A stretch of DNA of 64,000 bases, from the NCBI GenBank assembly GCA_951406725.2, contig OX597824.1:44826001-44890000 (forward strand). The letters run 5' to 3'. Source of the stretch: Octopus vulgaris (Eukaryota). Positions within the stretch are counted from its first letter, which is position 1, and every line of letters begins with the position of its first letter. Of this stretch, positions 1 to 13,387 are shown piece after piece. The notes under the pieces are model-generated. The model made no database searches, was not told where the DNA came from, and saw nothing but the letters and a program-made list of their open reading frames with translations. The translations under genes and the position numbers were made by a program.

Positions 1-95
1 TTTCCTCCCACTTGAATATGTTCTACCAGTTCTGGGCTTCCCAGAATTGTTTATACACACAGAGACACACATACATAAGTACATAGATACTAACA

Positions 96-725
96 TGACC
101 ACATGACTGTTTAAGAAGTTCACTTTCAAGCCAGGTAGTTTTGTGTTCAGTCCCATTGCATGGCAGCTTAGGTAAGTGCCTTCTACTATACCCACAAACC
201 TTGTAAGTGAATTTGGTAGACAGCAGCTAAAAGCAGCCCACCATATGTGTATGTGAGAGTTTGTGTCTCCTCTTACAACTATCATGTAATGTGATAGTTA
301 TGAAAATGAATACATGCAGTATTGTTCATTTTCAATCTTCTGTGAAAACGTGTTCAGCCATGGGGAAATATTACCTATTTCTTTACTACCCACAAGGGGC
401 TAAACACAGAGAGGACAAACAAGGACAGACAAACGGATTAAGTTGATTATATTGACCTCCAGTGCCTAACTGGTACTTATTTAATCGACCCCGAAAGGAT
501 GAAAAGTAAAGTTGACCTCAGTGGAATTTGAACTCAGAATGTAGCTGCAGGTGAAATACCGCTGAGCATTTCGCCCAGCGTGCTAACGTTTCTGCCAGCT
601 CGCCGCCATGGGGGAAATATTACCTTGCTCAGAAGCAGGTTAGAATAGTTATCAGGAAGGACATTCAGCCATAGAAATTCCATCTGACCCAAGGAAATAT
701 GAAAAAATAGGACATTAAAATCATG
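96..725 (+). mobile_element. tRNA-derived SINE (family A, RTE-type tail) interrupted by a nested SINE
   Basis: Head with gttcagtccc B-box-like motif and ggtaagtgccttctactata core; tail aggaaggacattcagccatagaaa...ggacattaaaatcatg. Same layout as the copy at 29235-29610. Confidence 0.75.
377..607 (-). mobile_element. tRNA-derived SINE (family B, Deu/Nin-like core) with target-site duplication
   Basis: Reverse complement reads ggcggcgagctggcagaaacgttagc...gagttcaaattcc...ctttcggggtcgattaaataagtaccag. Flanked by atgggg(g)aaatattacct at 360-376 and 608-625. Confidence 0.85.
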
Positions 726-741
726 GTGTATGCATATATGA

Positions 742-1040
742 AGGCACATGGCTCAGTGGTTAAGGTGTTGCACTCACAATTGCGAGATCATGGGTTCAAT
801 TGCCTGACCGGGTGTTGCATTGTGTTCTTGAGCAAAGCACTTCATATCATGTTGTTCTGCAATCACTTCAGCATCTGACATGTGACACCCTGTTGCACCT
901 GTACAGGTAATGTCAATTTGATGGAGGGAGTGAGTTTATGTCTACACAAACATTTGATCACTACAAACAAATCAATTGTGTGGTTGTTCGGTAAGAAATT
1001 GTCAAACCCTCATAAGTTGTGTCTAATGACGGGAGAGCCC

Positions 1041-1041
<1 letters not shown>
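742..1041 (+). mobile_element. tRNA-derived SINE (family C)
   Basis: A box tggctcagtgg and B box ggttcaattgcc, then gtgttcttgagcaaagcactt; ends at a (TA)n/(CA)n run. Confidence 0.7.
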
Positions 1042-1085
<44 letters not shown>

Positions 1086-1189
1086 TATATCTATAGTTAT
1101 ATATAATAGGTAAAAGTAGTGCAAATGATAGCATGATATAATGGTAACTTGCCAAAATAGGCAATAATTAACATTAACATGTGACATGG

Positions 1190-3345
1190 TTGGGCTGTCA
1201 GTGACTAAACCAGCAACCCCATTAAGTTGGTGAGGAGGGTGAAATATTGATTTTAAACACCCTGTGGGATGAAAAGCGAAACCTGGCAAAGGGCAAAGTA
1301 ACTTGGAAGAGTCAATGGCCATCCAAAATCAGGTGGACAGAGCTCATTAGCCTTGGTCAGCAGTCTGTCTTGAAGAAGGAACATTCTGATTTAAAAACCT
1401 GGGGTAGGTTGGACTCCTTAGTCACCTTGGTGACAGCCTGCCAGTGACCAACAGCTTCTTCCTTGGGATGAAGGTAGAAGAACCACAAAATGGTTGGATG
1501 AGGATAAGGACCATCCAATGGCATCTGTTTTCCAGTGGAAATCATAGACATCATATGAATGGTGTGGGGGCTTCTGTTATTAAAGCCTGAACAAATTCCA
1601 TCTTCAGTACTCCTGAGCCACCAGCTCTGCATCCAGACGGCCTTTTCCTCCAAGTGGCATTAATATACTCTAGAATCTAGGCTATCTGAACAAGAGAGTG
1701 TGACAGGTGACACAAGCCCATACCACTTAAAACAAATTCATTGTGGAGGTAGTTTCAAAGCAAGTTGAAAACCCTATGGTGACAGGAACAGGCAAAGAGT
1801 GTTGGTGGAAATTCTAGCCAGAATCCCACACACAGGCAGCACAGAGGATGTTGACCATCTCTTTGTAGAATCCGAAGACACCTGCAAGATTCGTGTCCTC
1901 CTTTGTGTGGCAAGCTTCTCCGATATTCAAGGCAGGTTGAGAAAAGGAATCCTAAAAAAAGCGTTGTTTTCAATAAGCTTGGCATTAACTGCAGATGTCT
2001 AGTTATCCAGTCTTATTGAGATAAAGTTGAGAGGAATAAAAGAAGCATGCTAATCTTTGGTTGGAATGTAAGAACTTTACAAGACAGCAAAGACAGTGTA
2101 GAATGAAAAACAGCATTAATTACGAAGGTAATTTACTCCTATAATACTGATATTGCTGCTCTAAGTGAAAGCAGGCTTGTGGATGCAGGTGAATTAGAAG
2201 TTGGAAGTGACTGCTTTTTTTTTTTGGAGTGGAAAGCCAGCAGATGAATCAAGAATTTATGATGTTGGCTTTGCCATTAAATCATCTCTACTTCGCTAAT
2301 TGCCATCCATCCCTCTAACTGTTGGTGAGCGTCTCATGACATTCCGTATACTCATGGGCAATTCCTCATCTATACACATTATCAGTGCATATGCACCTAC
2401 TTCATCAACATCTGAACATGAACACAACATCTACTTCAAACTGCAGACAGTTCTCAGTAAAATTCTATACTATGACAAAATCATATTGATGGGCAATTTT
2501 AGTGCCAGAGTAAGCAACAAGCATACAGTGTGGTCAAAAATAAGGGAAGCATAGAACAGGAACAATGAATGAAAGCAGTTTATGATTGCTGTCTTTTTGT
2601 CAACAGTTTGGTCTAACAATCACAAACACAGTGTTTCAGCTGGCAGTTAAATATAAAAGCATCTGGACGCATATCTGATCTGGTAACTGGAACATCCTTG
2701 ACTATATTATAACTAAGAACAAGGATTGCAGTGAGTCCATTCCTAGAATAAATGTCCGTTTAAAAAATCCAGAAACAAAAAATTTTGAAATGCATCTAAA
2801 TTCAAAGCTTGGGAAAATAGAGGAAAGCAATGACCCTGAAGTTTTGTAGCACAATATTCATGACAACATCAAATCATCTGCTGAAGATGTTCCAGGATCC
2901 GTCAAATACAAGCACCAAGATTGTTATTCAATGAGGATGATTTTCAAATCAAACCTCTCCTAGGAACTATGCACAAAAGACTATGCATAGATCTCAAACA
3001 GAAGCTCACCAACACTCAAATCCCTATACATCTCCTCCAAGAAAACTACACAGAAAAATCTGCATGAGATGAAAAGTTCTTGGTGGGCCAAAAAAGCCCA
3101 AGAATTGGAATAGGCTGCAACTCTCACAACCTGAGAGCATTGTATGACAATCTGAATGGTGTATTTGGTTAAAAAAATAGTACAAAACCTATTCTTTCTA
3201 ATGACAAAACCAAACTCTTAAGTAGCAAAGATGAAATGCTGTAAAGATGGGCTGAACACTTTAAATCTGTATTAAATCAAGTATCCACTACTAAGCTTGA
3301 AGTAATCAATGAAATCCTTCAGAAGCCTATAAAAACGGTGTACTA
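1190..3345 (+). mobile_element. Degraded RTE-clade LINE, 5' part (probable 5'UTR plus AP endonuclease and linker)
   Basis: Broken frames from ~2045 give WNVRTLQD, DIAALSESRL, FFWSGKP, VGFAI, IISAYAPT, ILMGNFSARV, LTITNTVF, ILDYII and later RWAEHF..VLN. Many stops and frameshifts. The 5' boundary is uncertain. Confidence 0.8.
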
Positions 3346-3805
3346 TTATCACCTTCATTATTGCTAAATTATGGTAGTGAATAAATGAATTCCAGTATCC
3401 AGTAACATTTGCTCTCTTCCTCAGTATTCACAGCAACCATAGAAACACTATTACCCAAAAGTGTGACTTTGGTCATTTGCCCAGTTGGATATGTAGTTCT
3501 ATACTCATCAGTGAGAGTGATTCTATGTTATAAAAATCATCATCGTTGTTTTAACATCTACTTTTCCATTCTCCTCTCCACCACTCTCCATTCTCATATC
3601 TTCCATCTGTACTTGCCTGTGCAATATAAGAAAGCACTGGATCCCCTTTAAACAACCCACCTTATCACCCCTACCACTCTGTTCATCTCTTTCTCACTAA
3701 CACTTGATATTAATCCATTCTTTCTTTCTCCTAGTCCTTACCTATTCTCTCTCTTCTCACAGTGTACACTTTGTTACTCTCTCCTCTACTGCTGAGACCC
3801 TCTTC

Positions 3806-4123
3806 GGTCATGACTGACCATGGGATTGCACCTAGAAAGTTGCCCTCCCAGGCACAAGTCTGGGCAAGGTTGTTTATGGAAGACCAGCAGGTTGGTCATG
3901 CATATCAGCCTCCCCTCTCCACGCCACCAGTGTTATCCAAGGGAAAAGCAAAGGCCGATACAGCTTGGTACCTGTGACATCACAACTCATTTCTACAGTT
4001 GAGTTAACTGGAGCAACATGAAATAAAGTGTCTTGTTCAAGAAAAAAACGCACAGCTCTGTCCGGGATTTGAACTCACAACCTCATGATCGTAAGCTCGA
4101 CGCTCTAACCACTGAGCCATGTG
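3806..4123 (-). mobile_element. tRNA-derived SINE (family C-like head)
   Basis: Reverse complement has tggctcagtggttagagcg and gagttcaaatccc boxes plus cttgaacaagacactt. Possible 8-bp TSD ccctcttc at 3798-3805 and 4124-4131. Confidence 0.8.
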
Positions 4124-4569
4124 CCCTCTTCTCTACTACACTCCAAAAATATAAATTTGTTCTTCTTTCAGTTGTGGAGGTTCCCTTTAGGCCCTTAAGT
4201 TGCATAACCACCCCACTAGATCTAGTGCCCTGTTAAAAAGGGCCCAGGTTACTTCATAAAGTGGTTAGCATTAGGAAGGGCATCTGCCCATGGAAACCAT
4301 GCTAAACCACATTGGAGCATGGCTTGGACCTTTCACTCATCGCATTTTACCAAAGCACCTAACCCATACTAGTATGGAAAGCAGATGTAAAATGATGTTG
4401 ATGATGACATATATTTAGTGGACTTTCTCATGGATTTCGGCAAACAAATTATTCTCTTTGTTTAATCACCAGAATAATTCTTTTAATTTAATGTAATTGG
4501 TTAAACATTCTTCAGGCACTTTTACCCTTAGAATCAGTGTACCACACTATGAGATGGCTGGGTCCTTAA

Positions 4570-4784
4570 CCCTTTAGCATTCAGATTACTCTGTCAATCA
4601 GCTTTTTATTTCCATCATTTTGCATTAATCATGCATTATTTCATAGCTTCAAGATTTCAATGGTGGGATTGTATATTTTTAGAATGACATTGTAGGAAAG
4701 GTGAGAGGGGCTGGATCTGGCCAGTTTGAACATAAAACATAAAGAATATTTGGGCCGGATCTGGCTGGTTTAAATGCTGAAGTG
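4570..4784. mobile_element. piggyBac-type MITE (family P1)
   Basis: TTAA on both sides; TIRs CCCTTTAGCATT / AATGCTGAAGTG (10/12). Related pieces at ~26663-26730 and ~34850-35008. Confidence 0.75.
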
Positions 4785-7700
4785 TTAAGTCACACGTATA
4801 TTTTACCCACTATACTTTTGCACAGTCTTCACCAACCTAATTTCACTTTAAAAGTTTGGATTGAATGGAGAGTAGAAGAGAATTGCTGAAGATGCTGCAC
4901 TGGAAATTAGTCACAAACGTCTTAAGAAGCAAACTTGATAACCATATATATGTGGATGTGTGTTTGTGTAATAGAGACAGTGGAGAGAAATATGTATGGA
5001 TTAATATCTGCATGCATGTCTGTCAATAAGCACAACAGCAAGCTGATGTTTTATAGTGGAATAAATCTGACAATCGACCACTTAATATAGAAACTAGAAT
5101 AAAATATCAACCCTTTGCATTGCTGATCTTTTTTGGAAGAAAAACAAAACAATATTGGAAATGAATAGTGAGATCCGGGTAATAAAAATATTGTGTTAAT
5201 TGAAGCAGAAGCAGTTCCCTCATTGCTCATTCCCTCATATGTACTTACTGTGGTGTGATTAGAAATGGAAGGGAGATGCAGTTATGATCAATACTTCAAT
5301 CATTGTTTTAATATCCGTTTGACTGGAACAACTCTACAAGACTGTATCACTCCAATTGTTGTGATTCTCATGCTATTTCTCTCAACTATGGATCCTTGTG
5401 ATAATAAATTTAATCTAACAGCTTCATCAAGAATATTTCTTGATCTACTATTTTCTTACCTGACATACCTCATTTATGCTTTTTTTTTATCCCTAATACA
5501 CACCCATGTGCCCATTTGTTATGCACATACATACATATATGTTTTTTATTAATAATTGGCAGAAGTTACTGAGTGACTCAAGGATCTAGAGTTTTGTGCT
5601 TTGGCACTTCTCACACTAGTATAAAATCAATGGGGCATAAATTTATATACCACTGATTATGGTATCTCTCTCTAGATTGTTTTGCAACAAATTATAAGAA
5701 ACAATGACAATTTATTCCTGAATATTCCAGGGAAATACCATTAACACCAGAATATAGATTTGTGATCCATTGATTTGAAACTAGTTTGTTAAGTGCCAAT
5801 GCACATAACTCCTGACCCTTGAGTCACTGTATAACTGCTGCTGATTATTAATAAAAAAAAAATATATATATATATCCATGTTTTGAATTCTAGTTTCCTT
5901 GTGTGTGTGTGTGTGTGGGGGGGGGTATATATATATATATATGTATACATACACACATAGAATAATAGCAAACAGTGAAAATGAGTGCTCAACACTGTAT
6001 TTGCTGGACAAATATAAATTTGTAGATTAACAATGCGATTAATGATTTCATGCAGGAAGTTCAAATTTGTCCAGTATTCCCCTGATAAATGTTGGTAATC
6101 TGCCTCCTTGAGATTACGCAAGATTTAGTGAGATTTCAAAACATTTTTGTTAACATACACAGAGATAAGGAGCGTTGACTCATTGAGGCTCTAACAACCC
6201 CCATCAATAATTAAGCTATCAAGCATAAGTAGACATGTTCCCAGCCTATCCCTAAACGACTTACCTCCCCCTATGTGTATCTACTAACCAAAGAAATGTT
6301 TTGAAGTCTTGTAAAATCTTGTGTGCTCTCATGTAGTCTCATCCAACTTGGAGATGGAATGCTTGAAAATTGTGGAGCTTTCTGCATAACCATTAGTAGT
6401 ATTATTACTCTACAAACAAATGTATGTGTGTGTGTGTGTGCATATGGATGAGGATACTGGGCCTCACTGTGAAGATGACAAGAGACCAAGACTTCTTGCG
6501 ATTTGCTATTCTTGAGAAGACATGTCAAGCTAAGTAAAACCACAGCCATCTAAACATATAAGCATGTCCTTTATGGCCATGCCCCTGCTCCTTCTCTCAG
6601 CCAAGAGGTCTTTGTCTTGCAAGTGCCATTGCCACATGAAATGCACTTGTGCTGGTGGCACATAAAATACACCCAGCACACTCTGCAAAGTGATCATTGT
6701 CAGGAAGGGCATCTAGCTATAGAAACGATGTCGGGCCAGCATGGAAAACTGACGTTTAGCAATGATGATGATGATGATATATGTATGTTTGGTTTATGTG
6801 TTTGAAGATTCTCTTTGTAGAGCTACACTGCTAAAGTGCACATCCATAAATGATGCAAAATTTTTAGCAAATGTAAATATTTGGCCAGATGTAAGCACAA
6901 CATGAAAGTAATAGTGGCTTGTATTTAAATCCTGTGTATATTAAATGATATGTAGCTCTCACTGGACGGAGCATTTCTTTTTGTTGATTCTACCAATAAT
7001 GGAACAGTTAACTATACACACACACGCACACACCTGCACATTCTATTTTGTGAACAATAAGGAACACTTGAAACAATATGTATGAAAAGGATGTAGCAGC
7101 CACCAAGCATAGACAGATATTCATTGCATTTTAAAAGGAAATTTTCTACAATTTCCTGACAGCATATATAACTTTGTATATTTTTCTCTTGCATTCCTAA
7201 TCATCACACTGTTGAATGTTGATTCATAAAATTCCTTTTTCCTTAATACAATTTTTTGCTTTAGTTCCAACAAATATCAATCTTTCTCTTGGGGATAATT
7301 TTTTGCCAAGTATCAAATCTTACGTTTTCCTTCTTCAGATTACTTATTGTATATAGAAATTATTTACATAAGGAACTGTGAAAACTATTAAAACTATTAG
7401 CTGTGTAGTTAATGCCTGTCGTGTGGTAGTTATAAGGTCTCAATAAGCATAAAACCACAACTTTGAATTCCCTATCCACAAATATTTCATTTTTGTTAAT
7501 GGCCCATGTTTAATCCTAATATTTTCCAGATGTAGTTATTACAAATCTCTCTCATTTCTGATCCAAGAAGTAAAGCTGTCATGGGATATTTCTACTTTTA
7601 TGTAGTTGAGTTGGTCAAGAGATGTTTTGCTAAATCCTTTTTAAATATTGTGGTGGATCTCAGCTTGTCAAATTAGTTCAGTTAACTGAAAATAAATATT

Positions 7701-8370
7701 TACCCCACAGAAAATGTTTTGCTGTTACAAATATTCTACCTTTCAGAAATGTTTTTTCTACCTTTTTTTTTTAACACTATATCACTATATAGATGTCCCT
7801 TTCCATATCATGCATACCTAACTGTAAGAAAAGCATTCATCATGGTACATAAAGCATTCAACTGTTCAAGTAATTCTTTTCACATGCTAAATTCTCTTAA
7901 TAATTTATTGCTTGCTGAAAGAGAGACAGAGAACACAATATAATTATTACATATGCTGGAAATAATACACAAAGTAACTTAAAATTTCTTTTACATTACC
8001 CATACATGGGATTTCTATAATTTATAGGCAAATGAAATCAAGCCAGTACTTACAAAAGTAATGATTTGAATTATGAAAATGAGTAAATATAAACGGACAA
8101 TGAATTGATCCTGTAGCTCAGACATCAGCCTATTTCATTTGACATTTCCAATCTTGCATCCTTGTCTTTGATTAATTAAAAGTATATAGAATCATGTTCT
8201 CAAATAAACAACATAATGCCTTCAGTACATTTTATACTAAAAGGTGTGAACTGCTTGAGACCATCCTTAGGTCTGTAATACAAATTTACTATTTTACTGT
8301 GATTTAAATTAAAACCATCCATCAAAATTTCATGTTAATTTATGTTCCGGACACCTAGATTAATAATGAC

Positions 8371-8977
8371 ACGATTCCACATGCAGTGGGAAAAAATTTA
8401 AATTATGGATTTAAAATTCAAAATGGGTTATACACCATGTTTTGAGTGGCATGGGTGCTTCAAAAGTGGAAGAGCATCCTTGGAGGAGCTGCTACAAGCA
8501 TCACTCATGGAATTGTGGTATGGTGCTTCAAAATGTCACTAGAATTCTTGATTGACAGTCTGGCCCTGGGAGATGAATTCCTGATGCACCATACCACATT
8601 TCCTGGAGTGATGCTTGTAGCAGGTCCTCCAAGGATGCTCTTCCACTTTTGAAGCGCCCATGCCAATCAAAACATGGTGTACAACCTATTGCCTTGTTGC
8701 AGTAAGCTTGCAAAGCATGCTCAATGTCTCTGTAGCAGACTTCCTAAGTTTAGCACAAAATTTTACATTGGCTCTTTGTTCTAACTTCCTGTCCATGACA
8801 ATATTGCAAACTACAGCATACAAAAAAATAAATTTCACAACTTGCAAAGTAAACACAGAGATGTCACCCTGCACAATGCCTCTTGGTCACTGCTAGCTCT
8901 TACCGCGCACACAACCATTTGCTGTCATCTGTTGGCGTGCTACAGAACTAGTCTGGGAACTTTTTGATACCATATCA
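8371..8977 (-). mobile_element. Internally deleted mariner copy nested in a P2-type MITE
   Basis: ORF 8686..8874 contains EQRANVKFCAKLRKSATETLSML, and ORF 8528..8713 has FDWHGRFKSGRASLED (mariner HTH region). The TIR end gtctgggaactttttgataccatatca+TA matches the 35-36 kb copy. Confidence 0.85.
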
Positions 8978-9475
8978 TAAAGTTATTTTACCAAATCTAC
9001 CCCATTTTCAAAATTAGTTAAAACAAAAGGACAAATATTTTATCAATTTGGCTATGATGTTGAAGGAATGGAAATCATGCAAGAGATTAATATTTGTATT
9101 CTCATAAAGATAATTATGAATTTTTTGCTAATATAACAATGGATATTAATCAAATGAAAGGAGAACCATTAGTCGTGTTTAATTGTTGGATGGGTTGTGG
9201 AATTTCCCTTTATCATCAGTTCCTTTATTTTGGCAATTTTTGTACTGTGGTTCAGTTAATGTTAAAAGTTAAATTTGAACTTGAAAATTTAGTTTAGTAC
9301 TCTTGACAATTGAGATACTGTATTTTGTGTGATTTTCCTGTGATTTATTGACCACACTCGTTTGCTCAGAGATAATTATCTATTAGACTTTTTATTTTTA
9401 TTTATTTATTTATTGTTTTGTCTGTGTGTGTCTTTTCAACTGATAGTTTCAAGCTGACAATTAAGTGCAACACTA

Positions 9476-9508
<33 letters not shown>

Positions 9509-10919
9509 AATATCAATGAATTCAAATAATATATGAGCTCTAATTAGACAATGTAAATGCACTTTTCCAACTATCATTAACTAAGTCGTTTGTTGAATCT
9601 TACTTAATTTATTAACTTTTTAATAACTGAACTTCCTTTTTAACAATGTGGTGTAGACCTGAAGTGGGATTCAATGCTGTTTACATCTCTGTTTATTTAA
9701 TATCAACGGTTACAAACACACACACACTCTTACCCTCCCCTCTCTCTGTTCCCTCCTCTCTCACACACACCTTAACCTCACAGTTATTGTACAGGCACAC
9801 ATATATGCATGCTCATATACATGTCTTCTCTCTCTTTTCTTTCTCTCCTCTTTCTCTCCCTCCCCCTCTCTCCTCCTTTCAGTAATAGAGTCCCAAGAGT
9901 TGACAAGAAAGAGTTAAGTAGTAAACTGATGAGTTTTGCTCATGGCTAGTCATCTGACATGCATGTGATAGCCACACAATAAAAACTATCAATAAAAAAG
10001 AAAACAAAAATAGGCCATTCCACCAGCTCACAAATGTTAAAAATTCATTGCAGAATATTGTTTGTGTATTTAAGCAAAATTCTTGGTTCTACACAACTTA
10101 ATCTGTGTGGCTGTTGAAAAAATTAGTATGCTTCATCTCCTGGGAATTCTACCTGGCATAGATTACATTGTATCCAGAATTATATCTTTTCATCAGATGT
10201 ATACACTCACATGTGCGTTACCTATAAATCAACCATAATGTTTAAAGTAAAGTTCTAGTGAAAGTAAAAGGGTTTCTTTCCCAGCTTAAAAAATTTTTTT
10301 TTTATAGAAATGAAGGTTTGGTAAGGACAATGGGTGATATTAGCTTTATTAATGTTTTGTGGAAGAAAATGTGATACTGACTTTCATAGGAAAGACTTTT
10401 TATTCATGTTAGATTTAGTCAAGAATAAGTAGCAAGATATCCTAGAAAGAAGATGAAAGATGAACTGCACCCATAGATAGTCCGCAAACTGATGAGTTGA
10501 GGATGAAGTGCTTTTTCTCATTTTGTGAGTATATCTGGAGAGGAGCCATCACCTCTAAATGTTTTATATCAGAGAAATCCCCTCGAGGCCCAGTGATATA
10601 TTCTTGGTTAGTAGAGAAGCTCAGTAAAACCTCTACATTCTAGGTGCATTGAAGAAAGTGAAGCTTTAGAGCAGTTACTCTCTTTTCCAAATGCACACAC
10701 AAATACATTATGACATACATCATTGGTAGCTCTGAAGAATATTTCCTAAAATATTATTGATACCCCATTATTAACTAAGAAAGCAGCCATGGAGGACACT
10801 TAGTGGTATTAAGAATGCTTGCTAGCAAAATGTATGATAGTATCATACTTAAATTTTGTTTACTGTTGTCACATAGGTGTTGCAAATGTAGTTTCAGAAA
10901 CAATTTTTTTTTTCCATAT

Positions 10920-11300
10920 CCATCATCATTATTTTAATGTCCCCTTTTTTGTACTTGCATGGATCAGACAGAACTTGTTGAGGGAGATTTCTATGGTCAG
11001 AGACCTTGTTGCCAATCCAAATTTACCTGTTTCCAAGCAAGGCAATACTTCTTCTTGGCCAAACGTGCTTATACAGGAGATTGGAAGGACACCACTTGTA
11101 TGACAGTAGTGCTTATTTACAACAATTGCATGATGCCAAGACAGCACACACACACATACAACAATCTTCTTTCAGTTTTCATCTATCAGATCCAAGAAAA
11201 TACTTCCCAACTACATGGTTTCAGATTCAGTCTCACTGTGTTTGATTAAACCTGAAGGTATGCAGTTGGGAAGCAAATTCCTTGACTACACAGCCATACC
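10920..11300 (-). mobile_element. SINE family A copy
   Basis: (cat)n-ttttaatgtcc...cttgcatggatcagac tail on the left; head remnant ttcttcagtttt...ttgggaagcaaattccttgactacacagcc on the right. Confidence 0.7.
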
Positions 11301-11419
11301 TGCGATATCTCTGACTTTGTGGAAGGAAATGTGCAAGAGTGTGTGGTAATTTCTGTAGGTGCATGTGCTTTTTTTGGTTATGTATTTGTATCCATGTAGC
11401 CCTACTTGCTTGCTTCTTG

Positions 11420-11850
11420 CTTGATGGGACTGGGGTCATTCCAGATTAGTGGTTCCAGAGGCGTCATCATGCGTAGAGTCAACCAGGTGCACCAGTATTC
11501 CCCACCACTGATGGTCCTTTGCCAGCCCTTCTGGAACCTCCAAGATGATGTTGAACTTCTGGAGGTCTTCCTTAATCAGTCCAGCCATCTGGTGCAGGGC
11601 CTGCTACGGGGTCTCTTCCAGCCTACAGCCACTGCATCAAATGAGATTAAGGGTCTGGTAGGATGATGTGGCAAAAGACGAAGGCTGTGTCCATACCAGG
11701 GCATGTGGCAAACAGCTACAAGGTGGGAGGCTGTGGAATGATGCATGCATGCACACAGTTCTTTGTTGGAAATGTGATGGTACCATCTGATGTTCTCAAT
11801 TGTTTTCAGGGCTCTGCTATCGAAGGTATTGATCCACTTTATTGTAATTC
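11420..11850 (-). mobile_element. RTE-like LINE 3' fragment
   Basis: Reverse strand gives WKRPRSRPCTRWLD.IKEDLQKFNI, resembling the RTE C-terminal RPRGRP..W.D motif. Interrupted by stops. Confidence 0.6.
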
Positions 11851-13046
11851 ATTTTATTTTTGTCTATTGTCCAGAAATCTTCCATCACACATCTGTGACC
11901 ACTTCAGCAACATTTTCCATTCTCATGTGTGCTCCTGCTCCACTTAGTCCAGAATGAACTAAGCAGAGCAGGAGCACACATGATGGAAAGTATCAATGAA
12001 GAGGTCCCAGATGTGTGACAAAAGATTTCTAGACAGTGGACTCGAGTTAAAATAAGAACAGCAATAAACATTTTGTTCTTGTTTAGAGTAAATAAATTTA
12101 ATTGAACAATGGGGAGACAGGAAGTGAAAAACAAAGGGTAGTAAGAAACATAAGAAGAGTTTTGAATAGAGATAGAATTTAGAACAGAACCAGTGAATTT
12201 AGATGGTCAGACTTTGTACTAGTGATGCTAAAAGCTTGAAAATTATTATACAAGTGTAGGATAAAGTTTGAAAACTGCTAAACCTCAAGCAAATGGGCTT
12301 TTACCAAATGTGTCCTTGTGTGCCATTTATTGAAACAGGTTTGCAATGCCACTTTTAAAAAAAATATATTGCACTCAATAATAGTAACAAGTTGACAAAC
12401 TATTAGTCCCCAAAGTTAGATCCTTGCAGTGTTTTAGTATTGTCTTCATTCTAAATTCAAATCTCACAAAACTTAACTTCGCTTTTCACCTCTCAACTAT
12501 TGACAGAATATGTGAATCTGCAAACATTAGGATTAATTTCATCAGTTACATTCTCTTGTGAACAAATAGAATTATTTATGGCTAAATAATCAATGTGAAG
12601 AATATCTATTTTCTATGAGAGCTTCCTTGAAATTTTTGTTTTTTAAGAAATTATGGTTAATTCTGTTTGCTTGAATATTGATTTAAGGAATAGCCACTAG
12701 GACTTGTACAGGAATTCTTTTTTCATATGACATAAGGGTATAACCAATTAAATTAACTTCAGTATAATACAGGTACTTAAAATTAAGAAAAAGAAGTCAA
12801 TTGAGCTGAGCTATCAACCCAACATTTGGGGCTAGGGAAAAGACAGGATTGTTCTCTTGACAAATACACATTCTTTTCTTTATTGAGATTTGCATATAAT
12901 TTTTACAAAATTACAAATTACTATCATACCAATGTCAAATTTTCCGCTTTTGTTACACACTCTTACACATTGTTATTTCTCAAATCATCCAAACAGTTTA
13001 GGTAGTCTAATAATAGACAAACTAATAGGTTATATATAGTTTAGAC

Positions 13047-13387
13047 CAGGGGTTCTCAACCATTTGTTTGTCTGTGGACCCCTTTGATTACTATTTTATT
13101 CTGGTAGACCCCCATAGCCTTTTGATGTTTAAAAACTAGTTTTATAGAAACTTCTTTCAAAATTCGTATTTTGCTTTTCAATAATTAACATGCAGAGATT
13201 GAACTATGTAAAATGTTAGAGGAAGAAATCTTGCTGTTTCTTTACAATATATACATCTAAAGCAAAATTTTTTCAGAGGCACTTGAAGTTCTATCGTGGA
13301 TCCTCAATTTACTATTTTGTTGCATGGGACCCCAAAAGTCTTCTATGGACCATCATAGGCCATATGGACCCTGGTTGAGAACCACTG
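13047..13387. mobile_element. hAT (Charlie/MER5-like) MITE, 341 bp
   Basis: TIRs CAGGGGTTCTCAAC / GTTGAGAACCACTG; perfect 8-bp TSD GTTTAGAC at 13039-13046 and 13388-13395. Confidence 0.92.

Noticed and set aside
5580-5620. Minus-strand gtgagaa-gtgc-caaa-gcac-aaaactc resembling a hammerhead
   Set aside because: Both core segments are mismatched; too degenerate to call.
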